Shown: positions 43,664 to 52,950 of the stretch, one piece after another | How the letters are laid out: the number at the start of each line of letters is the position of its first letter | How positions within the stretch are numbered: the stretch's first letter is position 1 | Notes under the pieces: generated by a model | Databases searched by the model: none | Told to the model about the DNA's origin: nothing | Seen by the model: only the letters and a program-made list of their open reading frames with translations | IMG/VR virus record: IMGVR_UViG_3300021400_000025 | Location: 86,479-150,478 of that record | Source: a virus | Taxonomy: Duplodnaviria > Heunggongvirae > Uroviricota > Caudoviricetes | Strand: one strand, 5' to 3' | DNA: 64,000 nucleotides | Program-made: the position numbers and the translations under genes

Positions 43664-44320
43664 ATGGAAAAGAGCAGTTCAGAGTTTGTCCCAGGATCCA
43701 ATTTTGGGCAGTGTTCAACCCTTCCACCCGACAGCGAGTTGGAGAGGTTGGATTCATCGGATTTCATTGGAAACTTCCTTGATGGGGAGTCAGTTGTCCA
43801 GAACAGAATCTGGATAATTTCAGATACACATTTTCATCATCGTCGGATTTTGGAGTACGAGGCTGAATTCAGACCATTCAAGGACAGGGACGAAATGGAT
43901 GCTGAACTTGTGAAGAGATGGAACAAGGTTGTCGGTCCATCTGACGTTGTTTTCCATCTTGGGGATTTCGCCCTTGCTGGAAAGAACTACATATCCTCAA
44001 TTGTCCACCAGTTGAATGGGCGCAAGATTCTCCTTCTTGGGAACCATGACAGGGAGAGCAGGATTGACTGGATTTCGTGTGGGTTCGACAGTGTGCATGA
44101 ACGCCCTTTCCTTCTTGATGGCAGATTCATTCTGTCCCATGAGCCACTTGACAAGATTCCAGATGGAATGGTGAACATATACGGTCATGTTCATGCCAGT
44201 TCCTACTTCAACACGATTGATTCAAACAGAATTTGCGTGTGCGTTGAGAGGTGGAACTGCGCCCCAATAGAGTACGAGTTCGTCAAGCGGATGTTCGCAA
44301 CCACCCCCGAGGGTGTATAA
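43664..44320 (+). CDS. calcineurin-like metallophosphoesterase
   Basis: Motifs SDTHFHH, GDF and GNHD. Confidence 0.7.
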   Translation: MEKSSSEFVPGSNFGQCSTLPPDSELERLDSSDFIGNFLDGESVVQNRIWIISDTHFHHRRILEYEAEFRPFKDRDEMDAELVKRWNKVVGPSDVVFHLGDFALAGKNYISSIVHQLNGRKILLLGNHDRESRIDWISCGFDSVHERPFLLDGRFILSHEPLDKIPDGMVNIYGHVHASSYFNTIDSNRICVCVERWNCAPIEYEFVKRMFATTPEGV

Positions 44321-44346
44321 TTGAATATATGGATTGATATAATCCA

Positions 44347-44787
44347 ATGTGGGGACAACAAGGAAGCAGATTGAGGAAGAGGGAGTTGGACATGACGCTT
44401 GATGAATTGGATGATGTCTTGCGCAAAATGAATCTTGACTTGAGTGTTCCACAAGGACAAGCCATCAGGGATAGGATTTTGGCAGACTATGGCAAGGACA
44501 TGTTGAAGGCGAATTCCGAGAGGTGCAGCAGATGTTGGTTGAAGGAGAACAACCAGTGCCACGACACATGTCCAGTGAAGACCACCAGCGACAATCCATT
44601 GATTGCAGCACGCGACTATCTGTCAAAGCCCAACAATGTCAATCTGATGTCATTCGTGTCGCTTTTCGTCATTCCCGTATATGAAGAGATCACTGGGGAC
44701 AAGGATTTTCTGAACAGACTCCATAAGTCATATATGGCCATCTGGAGCAAAACCTATGGCAAGAAGAGAACGCCCACGGAATTTTGA
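44347..44787 (+). CDS. hypothetical protein (146 aa)
   Basis: ORF track. Confidence 0.5.
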   Translation: MWGQQGSRLRKRELDMTLDELDDVLRKMNLDLSVPQGQAIRDRILADYGKDMLKANSERCSRCWLKENNQCHDTCPVKTTSDNPLIAARDYLSKPNNVNLMSFVSLFVIPVYEEITGDKDFLNRLHKSYMAIWSKTYGKKRTPTEF

Positions 44788-44923
44788 TGGAAAAACAATG
44801 TGCAGTTTTCAATGCATTTCTGTAAATAATAGTCAAGACAATCTAGTATAATTAAACAAATGTACACAGGGTGGTAAAACAAACATACACCCACAAACAA
44901 AGAGAAACAAGAGGAAAAACAAA

Positions 44924-45649
44924 ATGAAGAAAATAATGACAATTACATGTGGCGCGATGCTGGCTCTGGCTGGTCTCGCTGCTCCAACGGCCACGCCTTG
45001 CTGTGGCTCCACTGGCGAGACTTCTTGCCAGATTTGGTTCAAGGGAACTGGAACTGGAAAGATCTCCACTGGTGTCAAGGATCAGACCTACAAGACCGTC
45101 AAGGGTCTCAAGATCAAGAGCTGCATCCTCGTGATTGGCGATGACAGTGAGTCCAACAGGACGGCTGTTGTCCGCATCACTGGCACGAAGACCAAGGTGG
45201 GTGATTTCACGCAGGAGCTGGTTTGCTCCGAGTTCACGTGGAACATCTTTGGCAAGAACATCGACAAGGCACTTGCAGGCTCCAAGAAGGAACTTTCGCT
45301 TGAGAGCGAGATTTACTTCAAGGCAGCTGACGAGGACGAGACCACGCAGGTCTGTGGTGTTCTGTTCGGCACGGTCAAGGCGAAGTCCACAGGCACAGGC
45401 TGCACTCCATGTGGCGATGTTGGTGGAATCAAGTACACGCCAGTCAAGTTCGTTGGCAAGTATGTTGGCTTCGCGCCAGCGACTGGTTGCCAGTGCGCCA
45501 CTGAGTTGACCTACGAGCTGGGCGAGGGTTCTTGCTCTGACAAGAGCTGCCTTGAGTTCGTTGAGCCAGAGGGCGATCAGCAGGAGTATTTCTGTGGCGA
45601 CATCGTTCTGAAGTACGACTCCAAGAATTCCGGATACAAGGCTCGTTGA
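44924..45649 (+). CDS. secreted Cys-rich protein (241 aa) with a signal peptide
   Basis: MKKIMTITCGAMLALAGLAAP. Many Cys residues. SD and a tagtataat -10 lie upstream. Confidence 0.55.
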   Translation: MKKIMTITCGAMLALAGLAAPTATPCCGSTGETSCQIWFKGTGTGKISTGVKDQTYKTVKGLKIKSCILVIGDDSESNRTAVVRITGTKTKVGDFTQELVCSEFTWNIFGKNIDKALAGSKKELSLESEIYFKAADEDETTQVCGVLFGTVKAKSTGTGCTPCGDVGGIKYTPVKFVGKYVGFAPATGCQCATELTYELGEGSCSDKSCLEFVEPEGDQQEYFCGDIVLKYDSKNSGYKAR

Positions 45650-45682
45650 TTATATCATCGACGATCTTTGTCTGGGTGCATG

Positions 45683-45720
45683 AACATGAAGCTGGGTGGG
45701 GATTTCCCTGCCCAGCTTTA
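45683..45720 (+). terminator. hairpin aagctggg...cccagctt followed by T-rich sequence
   Basis: 8-bp stem read in the sequence, just downstream of gene 44924..45649. Confidence 0.45.
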
Positions 45721-45751
45721 CAATTCAATTGCTTTGTGGTATAATTGAAGC

Positions 45752-46147
45752 ATGATGATTGCAGATACATTCTTGGTTGCGTTGCTTGACCACCCAGTCC
45801 TTTTTGTGGTGGTTGTGCTTGCATTCATGCTGTCCAGTGGATTATGGGTCTATCTGACGCACATGACCTATGACTTCTTGTTGAGGCTGTTTGGGAGATA
45901 TCCCATGCCGAATTTCATGCAATATGCCAGTTCATCGCAGGTTGGTTCAGACAATGATGGCGATGGTGACGGGGGAGACCCACATGAACTTGAACCCACA
46001 CCAGATCCACCCGATGATTCATGCGATGATTCATGTGATGACTCATGCGATGAGCATGACTCATGCGATGAGTATGAGTTCATACATGATGTGGAAGGTG
46101 AGGTCAACAAGGCTTGGTATTTGTCAAACAACGAAAAGGAGAGTTGA
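45752..46147 (+). CDS. hypothetical protein (131 aa) with an N-terminal TM segment and an acidic D/S/C repeat (DDSCDDSCDDSCDEHDSCDE)
   Basis: ORF track. A tgtggtataattg -10 lies upstream. Confidence 0.5.
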   Translation: MMIADTFLVALLDHPVLFVVVVLAFMLSSGLWVYLTHMTYDFLLRLFGRYPMPNFMQYASSSQVGSDNDGDGDGGDPHELEPTPDPPDDSCDDSCDDSCDEHDSCDEYEFIHDVEGEVNKAWYLSNNEKES

Positions 46148-46152
46148 AGGAA

Positions 46153-46677
46153 ATGGGCGTGAATGTTTCAGCATATGTTGAGAGGAAGAATCTCGCTGGG
46201 AAATGGGAACTTGTGACCTCTTCCCCTGTGTCAAGCAATCTCAAGCACATACTCAAGAACTACAACGAGTATGACAAACTCATCTGGGATGACTTGTCTG
46301 ATGGACTCAAGGAATTGTACAAGAAGGACGAGAATGGGACATGCTACTGCAACTTCCATTCAGTCAGCATGTCTGAACTTGAGAATGAAATCGCCGTCAA
46401 TCTGAAGGAGACTTTCACAAGGGTGAACACCATAGTCAAGGCATTGGGTTGTTCAAGGATTTACAATGACGATGGCGAGGAGATGTCATGGGGGGATGAT
46501 GACGATGAGAAGGGGAAGGACAAGTTGACCTTCCCTGTAAACAAGCAACTTGTTGAGGAACTTCAGTATGCCTTTGATTCCATCAGGGACATTGGCCGAA
46601 GGGAGGCATTTGACCTCTTTGTTGATGAGCATATGGAATGGGGCAAGGAACACAGAATTGTGCTTGTTGTGGGCTGA
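46153..46677 (+). CDS. hypothetical protein (about 174 aa)
   Basis: Track ORF 46114..46677. The ATG at 46153 after SD aaggagagttg is preferred. Confidence 0.5.
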   Translation: MGVNVSAYVERKNLAGKWELVTSSPVSSNLKHILKNYNEYDKLIWDDLSDGLKELYKKDENGTCYCNFHSVSMSELENEIAVNLKETFTRVNTIVKALGCSRIYNDDGEEMSWGDDDDEKGKDKLTFPVNKQLVEELQYAFDSIRDIGRREAFDLFVDEHMEWGKEHRIVLVVG

Positions 46678-46720
46678 TTGGCATAATCTGAATCCAGAAT
46701 ATGTTCAAGACCTCCTCGAA

Positions 46721-46795
46721 GCAATCAAGGTTTTGTTGATGAAATCAATAACCCCCTTGACTCCTGAGGGGGTTTTGTGGTATACTGTAAGTGTT
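46721..46795 (+). promoter_or_regulatory. operator-like palindromes (GCAATCAAG, TTGAT-gaa-ATCAA) followed by an early promoter whose -35 lies inside a CCCCC/GGGGG hairpin with a following TTTT
   Basis: Near-identical 45-bp element at 52951..52990. The CTTGATTGCATCAAG palindromes at 60731..60762 are related. Confidence 0.5.
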
Positions 46796-46846
46796 CTGAG
46801 GGCAGAAGGGAGACGCCCCTGAGTTCTCCCATTGGAGTTGACAGAT

Positions 46847-47377
46847 ATGTACAAGTTCATTCTTACCGCCAAGAATCGCGCCGACCTCATCAATCTCTTG
46901 GTGAATACTGCCAAGGTGGATGTCCAGAGGGTGAAGTGGGATGTCAATTCCATCACTCGGTCCGATGATGATGCCCACTGCGAGGACGAGTGGGATTTGT
47001 GCGACCTTGTGGATGCCGTCAAGTTCCATGAGGTTGACAACGCCATCATGGGTGGGGATGTGCCTGTTGGAGGTTTGGTGGTTGTCTGCGATGAGGAGAC
47101 GAACCCATCCTGGGGTTTCGTGTGTGGGAATGGCAACTCCTGGTACAAGGTGTATCTTCGTCCTGAGGTTGTCCATGCAGTGCTTCTTGCCGTCCATCCC
47201 AATGCCAAGTATTTCATCGTTGGTGGCAAGCGTGCGCATGTGTTCACCAACAAGACAGATTGTGGCAAGTGGTTGGAGGAAGGTTTCGCTGCTTGCGAAG
47301 GTTCGGAACAGCGCCGTTATGCGTCCATGATGAACCAACTGGACTCTGGCAAGATGTTCATTGACTATGACGCATGA
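46847..47377 (+). CDS. hypothetical protein (about 176 aa)
   Basis: Track ORF 46832..47377 (TTG start). ATG at 46847. Confidence 0.5.
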   Translation: MYKFILTAKNRADLINLLVNTAKVDVQRVKWDVNSITRSDDDAHCEDEWDLCDLVDAVKFHEVDNAIMGGDVPVGGLVVVCDEETNPSWGFVCGNGNSWYKVYLRPEVVHAVLLAVHPNAKYFIVGGKRAHVFTNKTDCGKWLEEGFAACEGSEQRRYASMMNQLDSGKMFIDYDA

Positions 47378-47425
47378 GGAGGATTTCATGAAGTGGCGCA
47401 AGCCGGGATATGATGGGAGAAACTG

Positions 47426-48385
47426 ATGGGAATCACGCTTCCGAAACTTCCAAAAATCCGCTCGTTTTTGTCAGGTGCCAACTCCTCTGCATCTGGACTA
47501 GCCAGCATTCCTAGAAAACTCAAGGTCAAGAAACAGCCAATTGAGATTGTTCCACCTCCTGAATGGGTTGAGAAGATTGATGGGTATTTCGTGTCGTCCT
47601 TCATGTGGCATGAATCGGGAAGGTTCGGTGGTTGCTTTGTTGTCAAGTATGTCCCCTATGATGACTGCAGTGCTTCCAGGAATTGGGATTGGGGCTTTGT
47701 GAAAATCTACGCCTCTGACGATATGAATGGAATGCCATTTGTCCAGATGAAGGGGATATGGAAGGAAATCCACGATTGCGAGAGGACATATGACATCACG
47801 GAAGATGGAAGAATCTACAATGGCTTTGGTGGATTTCCATCGGACGACGACATAAGGGACGCAATCTACGACATAGGCTCAATGTACCATGATTGGAGGG
47901 ATTTCCCAAATGCGCAAGATTGGGACACGGTGGATAGATTGCATGAGGCGAAGAACGCAGTTGACAGAATGCGAGTTGAGGCGAAATATGGCTGTGGGCA
48001 GAAGAACATTGACAACTTGCGCAAGAAGATAACGGAAATTCAGACCCAGATTGCCGATGCCGAGAAGGACCTCAACGAAATGTACGAGAAGGCTGCGGAG
48101 GGGATGAACCTCCTTGAGCAATATGGGATTGTGGTGAACCTTGACGATGAGCCAAAGGAATCAGAGAACGTGGTTGTGGATTATGACATTTCAAGCTTAT
48201 ATCCACACGACAGTCTAAGGTTCGTTGGAGAAGCCAACATAGTGCGGCTGGCCCATGGTTCATATAACGTGATCCCAAAGCCGTTAAACCAGCATCCAAA
48301 TTCCGGAGACATGGTTCATGACCCTGGTAATGGATTGACTGCGTTGTATACAGATACAGGGAAGTGGGAGGTTTTGAATCCATGA
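47426..48385 (+). CDS. member A of a 3-gene tandem paralog family (319 aa)
   Basis: Shared blocks with the other two members: PPEWVEKIDGY, MKGIWK, W(R/L)DFPNA and a C-terminal coiled coil ending MNLLEQYG(I/V)(V/K)V(N/D)LD. Confidence 0.55.
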   Translation: MGITLPKLPKIRSFLSGANSSASGLASIPRKLKVKKQPIEIVPPPEWVEKIDGYFVSSFMWHESGRFGGCFVVKYVPYDDCSASRNWDWGFVKIYASDDMNGMPFVQMKGIWKEIHDCERTYDITEDGRIYNGFGGFPSDDDIRDAIYDIGSMYHDWRDFPNAQDWDTVDRLHEAKNAVDRMRVEAKYGCGQKNIDNLRKKITEIQTQIADAEKDLNEMYEKAAEGMNLLEQYGIVVNLDDEPKESENVVVDYDISSLYPHDSLRFVGEANIVRLAHGSYNVIPKPLNQHPNSGDMVHDPGNGLTALYTDTGKWEVLNP

Positions 48386-49062
48386 GCAGTTCGTTTGCAA
48401 AACCCCCAGATGGAATGTCTCATCTGTTCTACCACGACATCCAACCACCAGATTGGATTGATCTGTTTTCAGGATATTCGATGAATTCATGCAAGTGGAG
48501 GAAGTGTGGAACCGCAGGGACAGTCATTGTCGCCAAATATGTCTCCATTGAGTCATTTGGCATGTTCGCAAAGGTGTATGCAGTTTCATCAGACCTTGCC
48601 ACGCCATTCTCCAACATGAAGGGGATATGGAAGACACTGCATGGCCTTTCAGAGAAGAGGTCAATTGGATATTCCATTTCAGAGGATGGCAAGGTGGTTT
48701 CATCTGACGGATTCTCGCATCCAACCGACCTTGAGATTGACAAGGCTGTGTACGACACAGTTGCGTTGTACGAGAACTGGCGGAAGTTTCCACAAGCCCC
48801 AACCCTTGAAATCGTGAAGAAACTCATGGCCGCGATGGAGTCTGTTGACAAGATGAGGTACGAGGAATCGCACAAGTCAATCCATAACGGCATTGACTTG
48901 ATGAGGGGGAAAATCAAGTCGCTTCAGAAGCGCATTGCGGATTCCGAGAAGGAACTGAACGAGATTTACGAAAATGCCGCCGACTCCATGAACCTCCTTG
49001 AGCAATATGGGGTCAAGGTGGACTTGGACAATATGCCAGAATTAAAGGAAGCTGACACATGA
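48364..49062 (+). CDS. paralog family member B (232 aa)
   Basis: PPDWIDLFSGY...NMKGIWKTLHG...MNLLEQYGVKVDLD. Confidence 0.55.
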   Translation: MGGFESMSSSFAKPPDGMSHLFYHDIQPPDWIDLFSGYSMNSCKWRKCGTAGTVIVAKYVSIESFGMFAKVYAVSSDLATPFSNMKGIWKTLHGLSEKRSIGYSISEDGKVVSSDGFSHPTDLEIDKAVYDTVALYENWRKFPQAPTLEIVKKLMAAMESVDKMRYEESHKSIHNGIDLMRGKIKSLQKRIADSEKELNEIYENAADSMNLLEQYGVKVDLDNMPELKEADT

Positions 49063-49080
49063 AACCACTTTACTTCCACC

Positions 49081-50130
49081 ATGTGGGGTTGTATAATTGC
49101 TATTGTCATGAGCATAAGGAAACCAAGCATATGGGGATATGATACAGCCCCAAACAACATCGTTTCAAGATATGACTGGAACGTTGAGCGTCTCGGGCCT
49201 TTTCGGACATGGGTAGTCAACAAGCCAAAATTCATTCCAACTCCTGATTGGGTTGAGAGGATTGAGGGATATTCAGCCGAGGCGTTTGACATAAGCAATG
49301 ATCCCTCCTATGACAAGGAGAAGATTGTGGTCGTGTGCTTCAAGCCCAATAGAACTTTGGGAGTTGGGTTCGCCAAGGTGTATGTGGCAGACAAGGGCAT
49401 GAAGAATGCGTTTCCCCAGATGAGGGGCATATGGGGGGAAACCAAATCCAGAATGCCCTTCGCCGAACACGCACTTGATCACCATGACATCTCAAGATGC
49501 CAGATTGACGATGATGGTAGGATTTCAAGTTCGTTTGGAATCCCCGACATGCCATCCCTCATGGATGTTGTCCAGGAAATGTACACGGTGTGGCTTGACT
49601 GGCGCGAGTTTCCAAATGTGGGCGAGTATCAGATGGTGAAGAAGTTGATTCAGGCGAAACAAGATGTTGCCAAGATGCAGAGTGAGATGTCCACCAACCG
49701 AATCAATGGCAAGATTGAGGACATCCGCCAGGAAATCCAGGAATCTCAGTTGAAGATTGCCGAACTTGAGAAGGAATTGAATGTGATATGCGAGAGGGCT
49801 GCCGATGCCATGAACCTCCTTGAGGAGAATGGCGTGAAGGTTGACCTTGATGAGAAGCAGAAGGAGGAGGAGGAAGGCAAGAATGATTGGATTGTTGGAA
49901 TGGATCATTCTGGCATAAGCCATGCGCGTCCCAGTCAAGGAGTCATAATAGACTGTGGAAACATGACGACAACCTTGTCACCAGACTTGTTTCAGTTGAG
50001 CAAAGAGGAGTTGGATGCAATCCAAACGGCATGGGGTGATTATTCGTCATGTCTTACGGTTGATGACAGTGTTTCCCCATTTACGACCACATCCGGCGCG
50101 TCATGTACATCTGCATCCAGCGCGTCATGA
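49081..50130 (+). CDS. paralog family member C (349 aa)
   Basis: TPDWVERIEGY...QMRGIWGE...MNLLEENGVKVDLD. Confidence 0.55.
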   Translation: MWGCIIAIVMSIRKPSIWGYDTAPNNIVSRYDWNVERLGPFRTWVVNKPKFIPTPDWVERIEGYSAEAFDISNDPSYDKEKIVVVCFKPNRTLGVGFAKVYVADKGMKNAFPQMRGIWGETKSRMPFAEHALDHHDISRCQIDDDGRISSSFGIPDMPSLMDVVQEMYTVWLDWREFPNVGEYQMVKKLIQAKQDVAKMQSEMSTNRINGKIEDIRQEIQESQLKIAELEKELNVICERAADAMNLLEENGVKVDLDEKQKEEEEGKNDWIVGMDHSGISHARPSQGVIIDCGNMTTTLSPDLFQLSKEELDAIQTAWGDYSSCLTVDDSVSPFTTTSGASCTSASSAS

Positions 50131-50158
50131 TTTCAAAATGGAGTATAATTGAACTGCT

Positions 50159-50692
50159 ATGAGCGAAGTGATTAACAACAAACTGACGTTTACCCCAACT
50201 TGTCCAAATTGCCAATGCGTTGTCGCAATTGAGAAGGACGATGCTGGTGGGTATTATGTCAAGTGCGAGAACTGCAACAACGATTGGGCAACATCCCCAT
50301 TCTCCAACCAACATGACGAAGTTGAATGGCTTGAGAAGTTCCATTCAGAAACCCCATATCCACCTGCGCCAGAATATCCACCACCTCATTCAGATGTGAA
50401 GGTTCTGATGGAGATTGCCCATTCAAGCGAAACCTTGAAGAAAGCCTATGACCTTGTGAGTCAAGCGTATGACTTGATCAACAAAGACAAGGTTGCGAGG
50501 CAGTACATCAAGTTCAGCGCAAAGGTCGCGTGGCATCAGTTCGTCTGGGACATCCTCATGAAGCAGTACAACAGGGACAATCCTGACAGCAAGGGCACAT
50601 ACCACCTCAGGGCATTTGACTACTATGGCATCCAACCTGGAATGCTTGTTGGCGATGGTGATGAATGCGAAGGAAGTTCAGCGGGAAATTGA
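50159..50692 (+). CDS. hypothetical Zn-ribbon protein (177 aa)
   Basis: CPNCQC...CENC near the N-terminus. Confidence 0.5.
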   Translation: MSEVINNKLTFTPTCPNCQCVVAIEKDDAGGYYVKCENCNNDWATSPFSNQHDEVEWLEKFHSETPYPPAPEYPPPHSDVKVLMEIAHSSETLKKAYDLVSQAYDLINKDKVARQYIKFSAKVAWHQFVWDILMKQYNRDNPDSKGTYHLRAFDYYGIQPGMLVGDGDECEGSSAGN

Positions 50693-50704
50693 ACCAAAGG
50701 AAAA

Positions 50705-51388
50705 ATGAAAATGGGAACAGTGGAAATATTGGGAAACACGGAATCAAAGCCAATCACCATGATAGGTGAGATGGCGGGGATATGTTGGGGTGCAGATACA
50801 TCTGACGATGGCAAGAACCACAAGAGGGGCGTGGATTGCATCAAGTCGAACCACGGAAGGGCTTTGGAATATCCTTCCATATATCTTGTGCTTGATGGCT
50901 ATTCTGCCAAGGTGATACGCGAGTTCTACACACATATAATTGGGAATACACGTCTTCAAGCCTCCACCAGATACATAGACTATTCAAAGTGCTTTGATGT
51001 GGTTGTTCCAAAGTCGGTGGCTGTGAATGACGAGGCGTTGAAAACATGGAGGGAGTTCATGGCAAATGTTCCAGCCACAATCCGGAAGTTGAAGGAACTT
51101 GGCATTCCAACCGAAGATGCAACTAATGTATTGCCATTGGCATATGTCACCAAGATTGTTGTCAAGATGAATCTTCGTTCCTTGATGAACATGGCGGAAA
51201 TGAGGTTGTGCAATCGAGCCTATTGGGAATTCAGGGAATTGATGAGTGATATCTTGACTGAACTTGCGAAGTATTCTGACGAATGGGAAGAACTCATATA
51301 TGATCTGAAGGTGTTCAAGCCAAGGTGTGAATTGCTTGGCTACTGCCCCGAGACAAGGGGTTGTGGGAAGAAGAACAAGAAGGAGTGA
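50705..51388 (+). CDS. ThyX-like protein (flavin-dependent thymidylate synthase family, divergent)
   Basis: The 227-aa length fits ThyX. REFYTHIIGNTRLQASTRY aligns to the ThyX signature RHRxxxxxxxSxRY, but RHR is replaced by YTH. Confidence 0.45.
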   Translation: MKMGTVEILGNTESKPITMIGEMAGICWGADTSDDGKNHKRGVDCIKSNHGRALEYPSIYLVLDGYSAKVIREFYTHIIGNTRLQASTRYIDYSKCFDVVVPKSVAVNDEALKTWREFMANVPATIRKLKELGIPTEDATNVLPLAYVTKIVVKMNLRSLMNMAEMRLCNRAYWEFRELMSDILTELAKYSDEWEELIYDLKVFKPRCELLGYCPETRGCGKKNKKE

Positions 51389-51396
51389 GAGAAGAA

Positions 51397-51599
51397 TGAA
51401 TTGGGACATCAGTTGGGAAATGAAAAATGGGGATTCTGAGACTGTTCTTGGAACAACTAGAGTTTCCGCGAACAAAGTGATGGATGCCCTTGACAAGTTC
51501 TTCAAGGGGAAGGACAGTTGCACGAAGAAGATGACTGGAATCAGGGTTGTTCCAGAAGAGACAAATAAGCCCAAGAGAAGGAAGGTATTGGACAGATGA
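51397..51599 (+). CDS. small hypothetical protein (67 aa)
   Basis: Inside track ORF 51327..51599. ATG at 51397 after SD gagagaag. Confidence 0.4.
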
Positions 51600-51799
51600 A
51601 AGTCATAATTGATGGAATAACATACGAGGGAACAGAAGAGGAGATTCGGAGAATCGTGGAGAATCCGCCACACAGACCTCCTGTGCAAATCAACAATTGG
51701 GACGAGTGGGGAAGGAAGATTCCGCCCATGCCACTATATGCTCCAACAGAAGAGCCATATAGAAGGGAATATCCGATTGTGCTGTGTTCAATCATGTAA
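51596..51799 (+). CDS. small protein, paralog 1 of 2 (MKVIIDGITYEGTEEEIRRIVENPP...)
   Basis: ORF track. The N-terminal 30 aa are about 75% identical to the next ORF. Confidence 0.5.
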   Translation: MKVIIDGITYEGTEEEIRRIVENPPHRPPVQINNWDEWGRKIPPMPLYAPTEEPYRREYPIVLCSIM

Positions 51800-52053
51800 T
51801 GGGAGAGAGAAAAATGAGAGTTACTATCAATGGAATCACCTACGAGGGTACGCCAGAAGAGATTAGGGACATTGTGGAGAATCCACCCAAGGCGAATGAC
51901 CAGCGCATTGATTGTCCCAACAACGATAGGTGGAACTATCCAAGAAGAGAACCACATTTCCCGAATCCAATTATGACTTGGTGGGAGGCACCCGAAATAC
52001 AGAGGAACTGGGATGGTTCCCCGAGAGTCACCTGCACATGTCTATCTTGTTGA
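51784..52053 (+). CDS. small protein, paralog 2 of 2 (MRVTINGITYEGTPEEIRDIVENPP...)
   Basis: ORF track. Confidence 0.5.
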   Translation: MFNHVMGERKMRVTINGITYEGTPEEIRDIVENPPKANDQRIDCPNNDRWNYPRREPHFPNPIMTWWEAPEIQRNWDGSPRVTCTCLSC

Positions 52054-52066
52054 GAGAGGCGATTAA

Positions 52067-52435
52067 ATGACCTGGCAGGTAATACTTGTTCTCATGCTCC
52101 TTGGGCATCTTGTTGCCGACTATACCCTTCAGGGATGGTTGGCAGACGGGAAGCAGAAGTCATGGTGGGACAAGATTTGTGGTGGAAAGGTGCTTGAGAA
52201 GTACAGGTTCGACTACATTGCCGCCCTTGTCTGCCATGCCCTCTATTGGAGCATCTTCATCTGCGCCCCATTCTTTGCGTCAAGTTGGTTTCTCGCTGCG
52301 GTCATATTGAACACGGTTGCACATGCAATCATTGACGACCTCAAGGCGAACAGGATGAAGCTGAATCTGATTCAAGATCAGCTTCTTCATATGGGTCAGA
52401 TAATCTTGACATGGGGAATAATGATGGCGATTTAA
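52067..52435 (+). CDS. integral membrane protein (122 aa, 3-4 TM)
   Basis: ORF track. Hydrophobic helices. Confidence 0.5.
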   Translation: MTWQVILVLMLLGHLVADYTLQGWLADGKQKSWWDKICGGKVLEKYRFDYIAALVCHALYWSIFICAPFFASSWFLAAVILNTVAHAIIDDLKANRMKLNLIQDQLLHMGQIILTWGIMMAI

Positions 52436-52447
52436 GGAGAGAATACA

Positions 52448-52741
52448 ATGGCAGATGACAATGAAAAACCCAGACTTCCGGACTACAACTTTGAAGCGCA
52501 GAAGCTGGTTGTGGACTATGTGAAGGAGCATCTTGACAAATCCGACCCATATGTGCAGTTTGTCGTATATGTTGTGTGGCAGTGTTGCATACTTGGAAAT
52601 CGGAAATGGCTGATTTCAACAACGCTTCCTGATGGAATGTACTACGAGGTCACATACGATTTCAACAAAAGCTGCTACTACTTGGATGCTTACAAAAAGT
52701 TCGAGAACCGCTGCATTTGGTGCAATGAAATACGCAAATGA
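52448..52741 (+). CDS. hypothetical protein (97 aa)
   Basis: ORF track. Confidence 0.5.
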   Translation: MADDNEKPRLPDYNFEAQKLVVDYVKEHLDKSDPYVQFVVYVVWQCCILGNRKWLISTTLPDGMYYEVTYDFNKSCYYLDAYKKFENRCIWCNEIRK

Positions 52742-52938
52742 GTAACAGAGTTGTTGCTATATTTCTTGCAATCTTCTTGGGATGGTGTGGCATACACAAG
52801 TTCTACTGCCACAGGGTGTTTCAGGGAGTCTTGTATTTCTTCTTCTGCGAAACCGGAATCCCTTGGCTGTTTGCCATAGTTGATGCAATCAGGTATGCGT
52901 TCATGGACGATTCTGAATTCAATTGCAAATACTCTTGA
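52738..52938 (+). CDS. TM2-domain membrane protein
   Basis: FLGWCGIHKFY matches the TM2 (GxHxFY) signature. Two TM helices. Confidence 0.55.
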   Translation: MSNRVVAIFLAIFLGWCGIHKFYCHRVFQGVLYFFFCETGIPWLFAIVDAIRYAFMDDSEFNCKYS

Positions 52939-52950
52939 CCCCCCCCCCCC
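52939..52950 (+). repeat. poly-C homopolymer (12 C) immediately after the TGA of the TM2 gene
   Basis: Seen directly. It is an expanded form of the ACCCCC element that precedes the -35 in the promoter family. Confidence 0.7.

Noticed and set aside
45891-46181. 96-aa His/Met-rich ORF overlapping 45752..46147 in another frame
   Set aside because: Low-complexity alternative frame of the D/S/C repeat region. The 45752 ORF has the promoter and the TM segment.
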